DNA of 56,311 nt, counting the filler, from Barthelona sp. PAP020 (lineage: Eukaryota), in the NCBI GenBank assembly GCA_040182905.1. It is 3 parts of 3 records of this genome, joined end to end, with 100 filler letters (N's around TTAATTAATTAA, not from the genome) between each part and the next. Parts side by side here need not be neighbours in the genome. Positions count along the whole stretch, not along the records: positions 18,840 to 37,578 come from JARQWU010000223.1; positions 37,679 to 56,311 come from JARQWU010000224.1; 1 more part is not named here. The stretch is one strand, 5' to 3'. A program made the position numbers and the translations under genes. This document shows, piece after piece, positions 32,594 through 42,144 of this stretch. Positions within the stretch are counted from its first letter, which is position 1. The number at the start of each line of letters is the position of its first letter. The notes beneath the pieces are model-generated. The model did no database searches and had not been told where the DNA came from. It was given only the letters and a program-made list of their open reading frames with translations.

Positions 32594-33679
32594 ATGAACG
32601 TTTGTCCGAAAAATATTAATACTGACCGTTATGATTTTCAATTAGATAGGATATTTAATTATATTAAACAATATGAAGCTCAATTTGTAGGCCTTCAATT
32701 GCCTGAAGGTTTATTTGAATATGGATTTGCTATTGAAGAAGCTATTAGATCTGAATTTGAGGGAATTTGTGTTGTTTTATTTGGAAATACTGTTTTTGGT
32801 GCATGTTGTTTGGAAGATGTTGAAGCTTTTTGCATGGGTATTGATTTATTAATACATTTTGGTCATGCAAAATTGGTTCCAACAAACATTACAAAAATTC
32901 CTGTTGAATATATTCATGTTTACAATACTTTTGATCTTGAATCATTACTATTCACCTTAAATAAAGTTTTTTCAAAAGAAGATTCTCTTCATTTTGCTAC
33001 AACTTTGCAGTATCAACCACAATTAGTCGAAGATTTTGAAAAGATAAAAAAAGAATTCCCTTTGTCTGTTATGATAGATGTTAAGCCTTTGCCCAAAGGA
33101 TCACTATTAGGATGTACCTCTTTTGATGTTCTTCCCACTGGTCCTTTAATATATCTGGGGGATGGAAGATTTCATTTGGAAGCTCTTGGATTTGACCATA
33201 ATATCCGTCAATTATACAGGTTTGATCCTTTCTTTAATTGTTTATTTATTGAGAAATTTAGTGTTGATATTCCTTTAAATCAAAGAAAACAAGTTATTCA
33301 GAAATTCTTTGCTAATGATCCAAAAACAATATATATACTACAAGGTACATTAGGAAGACAAGGGAATCCATTTTTAGTCGACAGAATAAAAAAAAAATAT
33401 GAAAAAGAGAACAAACAGGTGAAAATTATTGGTATGTCAGAAATTTTTCCCCATAAATTTCAAAAGTTTGACAAAGACAGTACTGATTATGCTTTTGTAT
33501 CAGTGTGTTGTCCCCGTTTATTAACTGATTGGGGAAAAGATTTTGAAAATGTCATCACAATATTGAATCCCTGTGATTGTTACATTTCACCGGATGATAT
33601 CGAAGATTATAAAATACCTATGGATAATTATAGATGTTGTGATCGTCCATGGAGTACTTTATATCGTAAAGATAATTGA
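32594..33679 (+). CDS. DPH1: Diphthamide biosynthesis protein 1
   Basis: LQLPEGL, GACC, HFGH, LLGCT, YLGDGRFHLE, GTLGRQG, SEIFP, CPRL..DWG. Confidence 0.93.
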   Translation: MNVCPKNINTDRYDFQLDRIFNYIKQYEAQFVGLQLPEGLFEYGFAIEEAIRSEFEGICVVLFGNTVFGACCLEDVEAFCMGIDLLIHFGHAKLVPTNITKIPVEYIHVYNTFDLESLLFTLNKVFSKEDSLHFATTLQYQPQLVEDFEKIKKEFPLSVMIDVKPLPKGSLLGCTSFDVLPTGPLIYLGDGRFHLEALGFDHNIRQLYRFDPFFNCLFIEKFSVDIPLNQRKQVIQKFFANDPKTIYILQGTLGRQGNPFLVDRIKKKYEKENKQVKIIGMSEIFPHKFQKFDKDSTDYAFVSVCCPRLLTDWGKDFENVITILNPCDCYISPDDIEDYKIPMDNYRCCDRPWSTLYRKDN

Positions 33680-33690
33680 TTTTTTTTTTA

Positions 33691-34713
33691 ATGTTTGAGT
33701 CTTTGCATAATCATACAACATCATCTGATGGATGCTGTACATATGAAGAATTATTAGAAGAAGCGAAACAAAGAAACTATTCAGTTATTGCTTTTACTGA
33801 CCACGATATTCCCATGAATGTTGACAAATATCATGAACTTAAAGAAATTGATTTGGAAATTGATTGGATTAGTGGTATTGAAATGAGTTCTAACTCACCT
33901 AATGATTTTGGTGATCGTGGAAATTGTCCTGTCAGTAACTTTCATATAGTTGGATTATTTGTAGATCCTGAAAATAAACCACTTCAAATGCATTCATTAC
34001 GAATGAAAAAGGCAAGAGAAGAACGTCTTGGGAGAATTGTTAAGGGTTTAAAAGAGTTAGATTTTGATATTGAAGAAGAAACTGTCTTAAAATATGCCGA
34101 TACGATTATTGGTAGACCACATATTGTGGAAGCTCTTGAATTTTCAACAAATGCTCATAATTTGTCAGTTCACAATCAGTACAAGAATGAATGTATTGAT
34201 GCTGCTCGTAGAGGTGATTTAAATGCTAGAAGAGTACTTAAGGAATGGAGGGAAAGGTTTGGAAATGAGGCAAAACCATCTAAAGAGGCTTATTCATTAT
34301 ATTTATCAAAGAATGCCTTTGTTGGCGGTGTAGATGTTGTTGTTAGAAATGGAGTTGATTTTGATACTTGTGTTGACTTGATTAGACAAGCTGGAGGAAA
34401 GGCTATTTTGGCTCATCCTTATCTTTATTGTCCAAGGATTTTTTCCCTTGAAAATCTGTTAGACTGGTGTAATACTGGAAGAATTGACGGTGTTGAAATT
34501 TATTCTAACTTCCCTCGCAACCCTGAAGCTGAGTACATTCAAAAAGCTTTGCTAAAATGTTGTGTGGATAATAATTTGTTGATCACTGGTGGTAATGATG
34601 CTCATCGTCCTGAACATCTTAATTACCAAAATCCAAAAACAGTTGGGTTGACGAGAAATTTGTTGAAATTTATTTCTGAAGACAGTCAAAGATTTTCTTC
34701 ATTAAAGCGTTGA
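33691..34713 (+). CDS. PHP-domain phosphoesterase, YciV/TrpH-like; start ATG 33691
   Basis: LHNHTTSSDG, AFTDHD, GIEMS, FHIVGL, GRPHI, AGGKAILAHP, GVE, TGGNDAH. Confidence 0.85.
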   Translation: MFESLHNHTTSSDGCCTYEELLEEAKQRNYSVIAFTDHDIPMNVDKYHELKEIDLEIDWISGIEMSSNSPNDFGDRGNCPVSNFHIVGLFVDPENKPLQMHSLRMKKAREERLGRIVKGLKELDFDIEEETVLKYADTIIGRPHIVEALEFSTNAHNLSVHNQYKNECIDAARRGDLNARRVLKEWRERFGNEAKPSKEAYSLYLSKNAFVGGVDVVVRNGVDFDTCVDLIRQAGGKAILAHPYLYCPRIFSLENLLDWCNTGRIDGVEIYSNFPRNPEAEYIQKALLKCCVDNNLLITGGNDAHRPEHLNYQNPKTVGLTRNLLKFISEDSQRFSSLKR

Positions 34714-35029
34714 TTTGAGAGTTTTTTTATTTTATGTCTTTATTTCTTCAGGTTGGTTTACCTATTACATTGTGATCCTTTCAAATGTTTGAAATTTTTA
34801 AAATTTTGTTGATAAAAAGAGAATTTTTTTTTGTTTTTGAAAAATAAATCAATTTTTTTGGGAGACATTGCTGATCAAATATCAAATATCCAACAATTAC
34901 TTATAAGCAGACAAATCAATAGAATTATTGGGTTCATCACACAAAGAGAAAAAGAAAAGAACTTCTTTATATTTCTTTACAAAAATTACTTGAAAAAAGA
35001 CCATTAAAAACATGTAAAATAGCACTAAA

Positions 35030-36031
35030 TTATGCCTTCAAAAACAAACGAAGATCGTCTTTAAGGAAATCTATGTATGTTAATTCAGTAAAGTTCTCTA
35101 TTCTTTCTAACAGCACGTTTCTTTGATGTATCATTTGTTCACAATCAACCTCATCTAAATCTGAATCTGAAACGCTCTTCAACTCATCCTCAATTCTGTT
35201 TATTTCATCATTCATCATTTCAATTTCATTCTCTCTTAATTTGTTCATTTCTTCAACTCTTAACTGGAACACTTCCTTACAAATTAGAACCATTGCTTTG
35301 AGGAATTCCGCTTTACTCAAAATTGACTCCTTTTCAATAAACCTGCCTGTGGCTTTGCTGAAAATTTTATGCAGTGAACTGACACTCAATGATGTCTTCA
35401 ACCAATCAATGTCACGACAAAACTTTATCAAGGCTTCTAAAGTAACAACATGATTCTTCTTCTGCTGATATTTGATATTTTTACTTCTATACTTGTTAAA
35501 AACGCCATCAATATACTTTCCACATGCAATAATAATCTTTTCCACTTCAGTATCAATTTCTTCAAGTTCAGTTCTCTCAATCAAAATATCGTGATAATGT
35601 GGCTCTATTCTTGTTTGAATAAACCAATCTAATTTCTCACTTAAAGTGTACTCCTGTAAATATGCAAATTTGTCAAAGACAATACGAATCAAACATTCCA
35701 CAAAACATACAAAATTTATGGCGTCATGAGGAATTGGAGGAATCGTAGAAGATGTTTCTGCGAGTTCTTTCTTTGTTTTTCTTAATTTTCCTCTGTATTC
35801 AACCAGCACCTCTTGAAATATTCTTCTAACACTGGTTGTTGGCAAATTTTCACATGTAATATCTAAATTACGTATCAAAGATATAAATTGGTTTTCTAAA
35901 ATAGCATTTGTACCTGTTGAATAATGTATAAACAAATTATACAAAATGTCAGAAGATTTTCCAACCAATTCATGTACTTGAGGTATAGATAGTGCATCTT
36001 CCATAAAAGACGATATGTTTGTTCTTGACAT
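35030..36031 (-). CDS. Hypothetical helical protein with two EF-hand/p25alpha-like repeats
   Basis: Duplicated pattern F..Y...F...RxL/I...IF...F..xL.xI; likely start ATG 36031. Confidence 0.5.
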   Translation of the reverse strand: MSRTNISSFMEDALSIPQVHELVGKSSDILYNLFIHYSTGTNAILENQFISLIRNLDITCENLPTTSVRRIFQEVLVEYRGKLRKTKKELAETSSTIPPIPHDAINFVCFVECLIRIVFDKFAYLQEYTLSEKLDWFIQTRIEPHYHDILIERTELEEIDTEVEKIIIACGKYIDGVFNKYRSKNIKYQQKKNHVVTLEALIKFCRDIDWLKTSLSVSSLHKIFSKATGRFIEKESILSKAEFLKAMVLICKEVFQLRVEEMNKLRENEIEMMNDEINRIEDELKSVSDSDLDEVDCEQMIHQRNVLLERIENFTELTYIDFLKDDLRLFLKA

Positions 36032-36530
36032 TATCAAAAAACAAACCTTACAATAATGAAAATCAAAAAAACCTTTAAAACTTCCTTTTGTTTTTCTACT
36101 TTAAATAAAACTTCAAAACAAAGAAATTTTTGTATTTTACCATTTTATTTCACAATAAAATTATTCAAATGTAATTTTTAAATGAAATTATAAATGCACA
36201 GTTTTTTTAATAACTTTTACTTGTTTTTAAAATAAAATGGGCACATTCTAATAACAAAATTTACATTTCACAACTACTTCAGTTTTGAAACAGAATGATT
36301 GAAAGGAAACAGAAATAAATCAAATTAAATTAAATTAAAATTAAAATACTTTTGTTAACTTTGCTCAAAATATTCTTTTGCAATAAAATAATTACTTTGT
36401 ATGAAATTGTATCATATTCATTTAATCAAACTAATGAAAAAATTAAAGAATGGAAATTTGAAGATTTCTTTGTTTGTGTTATTTATTTCCATACCAAGAG
36501 GCATTGTGAGTATGAGTGAATTAAAAAGAA

Positions 36531-37400
36531 TTGGTCAAGTTGTGAAACAACCATATTTATTTTGGTCAAGTTGTGAAACAACTATATTTATTTACAAAGA
36601 AAAAGTAATCAGAGAAAACTCATTTCATTAAATCTCAGCCACAGAAAATGAGTGGCTGCAATTGAATCTTGCTCATCAAGTATGAAAATTTTGGAAAAAT
36701 TTTCCATTCCTATTTTTTTGTATTTTTGCAAAAGCAAAATTTTAAAGTTTAAACTTTACCTTAGAAAATCTAAAGTTTTTCAACAGATCAATCGGGCCTC
36801 GAAAGCCTTTAACCAAATAAACACTATTCTTTTTTATTCACTCATACGCACAGTGCTTCTTGGCTTGGAAATAATACAAAGAAAAAGTTTGGAGCAGTTG
36901 TGAAACAACTATATTTATTTACAAAGAAAGTAAACTCAGAAAACTCATTCTAGCAAATTTCAGTCAAAATCCCAGGAGGGGAATTAAGGGACTGAAAGGT
37001 AATTGGAGCGATCAAGCAGGAGAATTTCGGAGAAATTCTTCATTCCTATTTTTTTGTATTTTTGAAAAAGCAAAATTTTAAAGTTTGAACTTTACCTTAA
37101 AAAATTTAAAGTTTTTCAACATATCAATCGGGGCTCGAAAGCCTTTAACCAAATAAACACAATTCTTTTTCATTCACTCATACGCACAGTGCTTCTTGGT
37201 ATAGAAATAATTGCAAAAAACTTAATTCAAAATACTCACTTTAATGAATTTTAGTCAAAACCAAAGCGGAGAGTTAAAGGACTGAAATGTAACTTCGATG
37301 ATCAAGTGGGAAAATTTGGTGAAATATTCATGTTCCTGTTCTTTGTATGCAACAAAAGCAAAATTTTAAAGTTCTGACTTTGCTCTTTGAAAATTAAAAA
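36531..37400 (+). repeat. Tandem copies of a ~330-bp AT-rich repeat family (36569-36895, 36896-~37215, degenerate ~37225-37400), preceded by a ~31-bp duplication
   Basis: Shared blocks AGTTGTGAAACAACTATATTTATTTACAAAGAAA, CATTCCTATTTTTTTGTATTTTTG and CACTCATACGCACAGTGCTTCTTGG. Confidence 0.9.
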
Positions 37401-37578
37401 TTGAAGAAATTAATAAAGAAATATTAGTTTTGATCTCTTTGAAAGGGATTTGAAGCACATCACCTTTGTTGTTAAATAGCACGACGAAAATGTCATGATG
37501 AACTCTTTAACAACTGTAACACAATATAATGATGCAACTGCTTCTTTGTTTCTCAAAAAATTTTGTCCACAAAGGTAT

Positions 37579-37678
37579 NNNNNNNNNNNNNNNNNNNNNN
37601 NNNNNNNNNNNNNNNNNNNNNNTTAATTAATTAANNNNNNNNNNNNNNNNNNNNNNNNNNNNNNNNNNNNNNNNNNNN
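37579..37678. other. Artificial scaffold spacer (44 N + TTAATTAATTAA + 44 N)
   Basis: Same 100-bp linker as at 18740. Confidence 0.97.
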
Positions 37679-37816
37679 AGCAAAGATACCATGGAGTAAT
37701 TTCCCCAACCCCAGTTAGTAAATATAAATTAAAGCCTTTAATTTTGCCCTTTCGTCTAACGTGAAACCGTTGGATCCAGACTCGATCCTCTTACCCATGG
37801 AAAAGATTTGAACAAT

Positions 37817-37900
37817 CGGTGTCAAGGAGATTCGAACTCCTGCGCCCGCAAGGGCATATGATTTCTAATCATACGTCTTAACCAACTCGACCATGACACC
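37817..37900 (-). tRNA. tRNA-Ser (anticodon AGA), intronless
   Basis: GGTGTCA/TGACACC acceptor stem, TATGA-TTAGAAA-TCATA anticodon arm, long variable arm, AGGAG-TTCGAAT-CTCCT T arm, discriminator G, no encoded CCA. Confidence 0.95.
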
Positions 37901-38117
37901 ATTGAAAAAATATAAATTATAGTTTACAAAATGAAAAACATATTTATTTATTAATAGGTAAATATTAGTTAACATAGTTTCTATCATTAAATATATATCA
38001 ATAATTTTATTTTAACAATGATTCATTTTGATCAGGTTATGAAATAACTATGTTATTTACGTAGAAGAAGTAAAAAAATTTATTTCTACAAATGATAATT
38101 TTGAACACTAAATGTTT

Positions 38118-38420
38118 AGTTATGAAACAACTATATTTATTTCTAAAGAAAATAAACTCAGAAAACTCATTTTTGCAAATTTCAGTCAAAATCCCAGGAG
38201 GGCAATTGAGGGATTAAAATGTAATTGGAACGATCAAATAGGAGAATTTCGGAGAAATTCTTCATTCCTATTTTTTTGTATTTTTGCAAAAGTAAAATTT
38301 TAAAGTTTAAACTTTACCTTAGAAAATCTAAAGTTTTCAACAGATCAATCAGACCCTGAAAACCTAGAACAAATAAACATTATTCCAATTTTTCATTCAT
38401 ACATACAGCCCTTCTTCTTC
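38118..38420 (+). repeat. Another copy of the ~330-bp repeat family (different scaffold)
   Basis: Closely similar to 36896-37200, e.g. GCAAATTTCAGTCAAAATCCCAGGAGGG and GGAGAATTTCGGAGAAATTCTTCATTCC. Confidence 0.9.
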
Positions 38421-38928
38421 TTCGTGAATAAAAGATTCTAACACTTTTCAAATTAATATTACTATTCAAGAATTTCTGTTGATCAAAAGCACAAAGCAAA
38501 CAGCAATCAATCCATATTTACCAATCATTGAATCACAAGCCACTGCCTTTGGTCTGAAGCAATAGGAATTATGAAGACATGAAAGAATTATCCGCAGGTA
38601 TCTCATAACAACCCAATAGAAACAAACCAATGGTGGATTAGATTCAACCACAGTAGGAACGAAGAAACAATAGAGATTCACTTGGGTTGATGTACCCAAG
38701 AGAAACAAAGCTCACTTCAAAAGTTCACTGTTTGATTATCAATAACAAAATTGGAGGGTTTATAAAACGTGGGTTACAATTTGATCCAAACACTTCAAAT
38801 TTAAAATATGAATAGAAAGTTGGGATATAAAGAAAGTTGGGTGTTTTCAAGTATCATTGTTGTGTGATAATTTACCGATAGGATTGTGTTTTGAGAAGTC
38901 AATTTTGTTAAAAAGAAAAAGCATTGGT

Positions 38929-40548
38929 TCAATTGTAGAAGGGTTGGAGAATTTGTACAATTTTGGAATGACCTTGGCTTCTGGCAACGTCCTTTGGTGT
39001 CCATTTTTGTTGAAATTTGAGATTAACATCGGCTCTATTATTTAATAGAAGTTTGACTATGTCAAGGTGACCAAATTGACAACAAATGAACAATGGAGAA
39101 GCATCATCATTTTGACACAAATTAACATCAGCTCCATGATCCAAAAGAATTTTAGCAACATCAAGATGACCTTTTTCACAACTGACACACAATGGAGAAC
39201 AGCCATCATTCATACATAAATTAACATCAGCTCCATGATCCAAGAGCATTCTGGCAACATCAAGATGACCTTTTTGACAACTAACATACAATGGAGAAGC
39301 ACCAACATTCATACTCAAATGAACGTCAGCGCCAAAATCCAACAAAAATTCAATAACTTCTATATGCCCATTAAAAGCAGCTCCCCAAAGCGCTGTCCTT
39401 CCTTCCTTACCTTGTTTGTTCACATCAACGCCAGCTTTGATACACTGCTTGACAACCTCAAGATTACCTTCAAGCGCTGCATAATAGATCTTCTTTGGGC
39501 GACCATTATCTTCAAATCCATCCACAACAAACCCATCTGGAACAACAACTTGATCCATGTTATACTTTATATACGGATCAACTTCCTCTTCAATACTTGT
39601 CTCTTCAACCACAGTATCGATAAGCATCTTCAGATAATCAGCAATCAACTCGAACGACGGACGCTCGACAGGGTTTTCATCGAAACACAGCTTTACAATA
39701 CCATGGCCAGGAACCGAATCAATCATCTCATCGGAGTATGGCAATTTTCCATTAAGCAAATATCTGAACGCTTTACGATCATCAATTCCTTCAAAAGGAC
39801 GAACGCCTGTCATTACATAAATCATCATCACAGCAAACGCCCACACATCAATAGCCTTTCGATTAATTTCATCCTCATTTTCCCAAACAAGTATTTCAGG
39901 AGCAACGTATGCAATAGCTCCTACCATGGAAACCATTGAAAAACTGTTGGCATCTTTTACAGTTCCAAAATCGCTCAAAGCAGGAATAAACTTTCCACTT
40001 ACTTTCCTCAAAAGAACATTGTTGGGTTTCAGATCGCCATGAACTAAGCCACATTCGTGACAATAGTCCATTGTGGAAGCAACCTGCATGAGTATTGTGA
40101 GCTTTTCCATCAAAGAAAGGTTGGGTATTTCATGCTCTAGAACTGAATCACAAAATTCCATGACTATCCCAGTCTTGCCATTCATTTTGGTCACACCATG
40201 AATTTGACGAATGCAAGGATGATGCAATGCCATTGGCACGCATTCTTTGAGGAAATCATGTTCTGCCGGCTTCTTGTGAAAAAACTTGATGATATGAACA
40301 ATTCCATATTTTTCAGCGGTGCTTAAGTATCCAAATGCTCCTGTTGCAAAAAACTGTTCAAGTATTTTAAATGTAGATCCAAGAATTTCGGTAGGTTTCA
40401 GTGAATTCATAATCTCTGTGAATGATTCTAGATTTGGTATTCGATTCTTACCCTTTGATCGCCAGTTTGCAACAAAAATAATGTCAACTTCCTTTTCCTT
40501 CAGTTCAATTATCTTTCTAAGGTATGCAATATCAGTGTTAACAACCAT
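38929..40548 (-). CDS. Protein kinase (TKL-like) fused to C-terminal ankyrin repeats
   Basis: VHGDLKPNNVLL, SDFG, YVAPE, DVWAF, RPSF, then about 6 ankyrin repeats (SPLxxxCxxGHLDxxxxLLxxGADVN). Confidence 0.9.
   Translation of the reverse strand: MVVNTDIAYLRKIIELKEKEVDIIFVANWRSKGKNRIPNLESFTEIMNSLKPTEILGSTFKILEQFFATGAFGYLSTAEKYGIVHIIKFFHKKPAEHDFLKECVPMALHHPCIRQIHGVTKMNGKTGIVMEFCDSVLEHEIPNLSLMEKLTILMQVASTMDYCHECGLVHGDLKPNNVLLRKVSGKFIPALSDFGTVKDANSFSMVSMVGAIAYVAPEILVWENEDEINRKAIDVWAFAVMMIYVMTGVRPFEGIDDRKAFRYLLNGKLPYSDEMIDSVPGHGIVKLCFDENPVERPSFELIADYLKMLIDTVVEETSIEEEVDPYIKYNMDQVVVPDGFVVDGFEDNGRPKKIYYAALEGNLEVVKQCIKAGVDVNKQGKEGRTALWGAAFNGHIEVIEFLLDFGADVHLSMNVGASPLYVSCQKGHLDVARMLLDHGADVNLCMNDGCSPLCVSCEKGHLDVAKILLDHGADVNLCQNDDASPLFICCQFGHLDIVKLLLNNRADVNLKFQQKWTPKDVARSQGHSKIVQILQPFYN
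39091..39300 (-). repeat. 99-bp tandem DNA repeats encoding ankyrin units
   Basis: CAATGGAGAA recurs at 39091, 39190 and 39289 with highly similar intervening sequence. Confidence 0.9.
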
Positions 40549-41524
40549 TGTGTGTAAAAAAGAAATTAAAAAAAGCTAAAGTAAAATTTGATCTTTTGAA
40601 AAAAGTTTATAATATTTTTCCAGGAACAATCAGTCGTTGTTTTAATTTTGTCGTTGTCCAAATGAAATAAGTAGATTAAGTTGACTGGTATGTGAAATTT
40701 TTTTCAATGTGTTTTTGATTCTTTCTTGAGACCTCCTTTTTCGAATTAATGCACCCAATTGAACTTTCGCTATTGATTTAAACATTGCCAAATGTCACAC
40801 AATTATGAAAGTTTGTCATGATGATGTTTGTTCGAATATTTTTATCGAAAGACATTGTTCCAATTCATTTTGCAGATTTGTTGATGTAGTGATGGTGTTG
40901 ACATATTTGCACTCACGAAATTCACAAATTAAACTTGCAAGAGTGCCATATGTTGAATCAAATTTCCAGTTTTTCTTCCATTGAAAGAACCTTTTTCACT
41001 TCTTCAATGAGAGTCTCCAATGTTGTTAGTGTGTCGACCTTCAATTTAACTAATTAAATCAACATCATTTATTATCAATATTTTTTGTTCTTGTTGTGTT
41101 GGGCTCCAATAATTGATATGGTAACAATAAGAAAAGATAAAAGTGGCCTAATATTTTGCTCCAGCAGTGACATAAACTTATTTACAGTGAAAAGAAACCC
41201 AAAGAGTCATTTTAGTGAATTTCGGAAAAACTCAGGGTGTGGGATCCAGACTGAAAGTACATTGTGTGAATCCAGGTTGTGTGTTTGGAAAGAATTTTTG
41301 ACACTGCTTTTTTGTATTATTAGATATTTATGAGACATGAGTTGCTCAGTGAACAACGAAACGAGTTAGCTTAAGGTTTGGGAAAAACTCACGTGGATTC
41401 AGATACCCAAGTAACTTAAAAAATTGGACCTAAAGGTGGTCAAGAAACAACAAATAACGGAAGTGATATTTGTTGACCTCTTTATATCTCCAATAAATTC
41501 CGTTCATTGAGCATGAACTTTTAC

Positions 41525-41573
41525 ATTCTTTTTTATTCACTCATACGCACAGTGCTTCTTGGCCTGGAAATAA
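41525..41573 (+). repeat. Fragment of the ~330-bp repeat family
   Basis: 41525-41562 is identical to 36826-36863. Confidence 0.85.
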
Positions 41574-42144
41574 AGAGGTTTATTTGTTAAAACGCTTTCG
41601 AGACTTAATGATCTTTTGAAACAATAAAGAAATCTTCAAAATTTTGCTTTTTCACCATTTCTATTCTGCATCAAATAAAAGCCAAAGTGTGTATGGTGTT
41701 AATAATTTGGTGTGTTTGACAAAATCTATTTTTCAGCAAAATAAAACAATTATGAAAATGAAGATTTGGGAACCTATTCTTTCAAGATGCAATAAATACT
41801 CAAGAATTATGTGTAAAAGAGAGTAATATGTTTGTTTTCAGAGTTATATTGATATATTTTTTCATTTGATTCCATCTCTTCAAAATTCTTTCAACATGTC
41901 TTTCTTTATTGCTGTTTTTTGAAGATTATAAATGTTTCAATTTTGTATTTTCTCCTTAAAAATAAAAACTATCATAGATTTATTGATCTTTTTTGTGAAA
42001 AAATTAAAAAATGGTTAACACCCAAATTTGTTCATTTAAGATATTTGTCTTGGTTTATATAAGATACGTTAATAACACTCATTAAAAAATCTTTGAAAAG
42101 AAAATGTTTAACAAGTCTTTAAATAGGATTATTATTTGTTTATT

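Noticed and set aside
34870..34945. Minus-strand GTGATGA (box C-like) suggesting a C/D snoRNA
   Set aside because: There is no CTGA box D at a suitable distance and no recognisable rRNA guide.
36531..36595. ~31-bp direct repeat resembling a CRISPR repeat
   Set aside because: The copies are adjacent with no unique spacers, there are no cas genes, the context is eukaryotic, and it is part of the larger repeat.
18740..37678. TTAATTAATTAA palindromes inside N runs, and apparent gene neighbourhoods across them
   Set aside because: These are identical 100-bp six-frame-stop linkers joining pieces of 18739, 18739 and 18633 bp (size-sorted concatenation). Adjacency across them has no biological meaning.
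39235..39939. 234-aa antisense ORF within the kinase-ankyrin gene (and other short shadow ORFs such as 20676-21236)
   Set aside because: They have no recognisable motifs and are explained by codon bias or low complexity of the real gene.
40780..40900. Possible decayed kinase fragment (VCHDDVCSNIFI) upstream of the kinase-ankyrin gene
   Set aside because: Too short and degenerate to support a pseudogene call.
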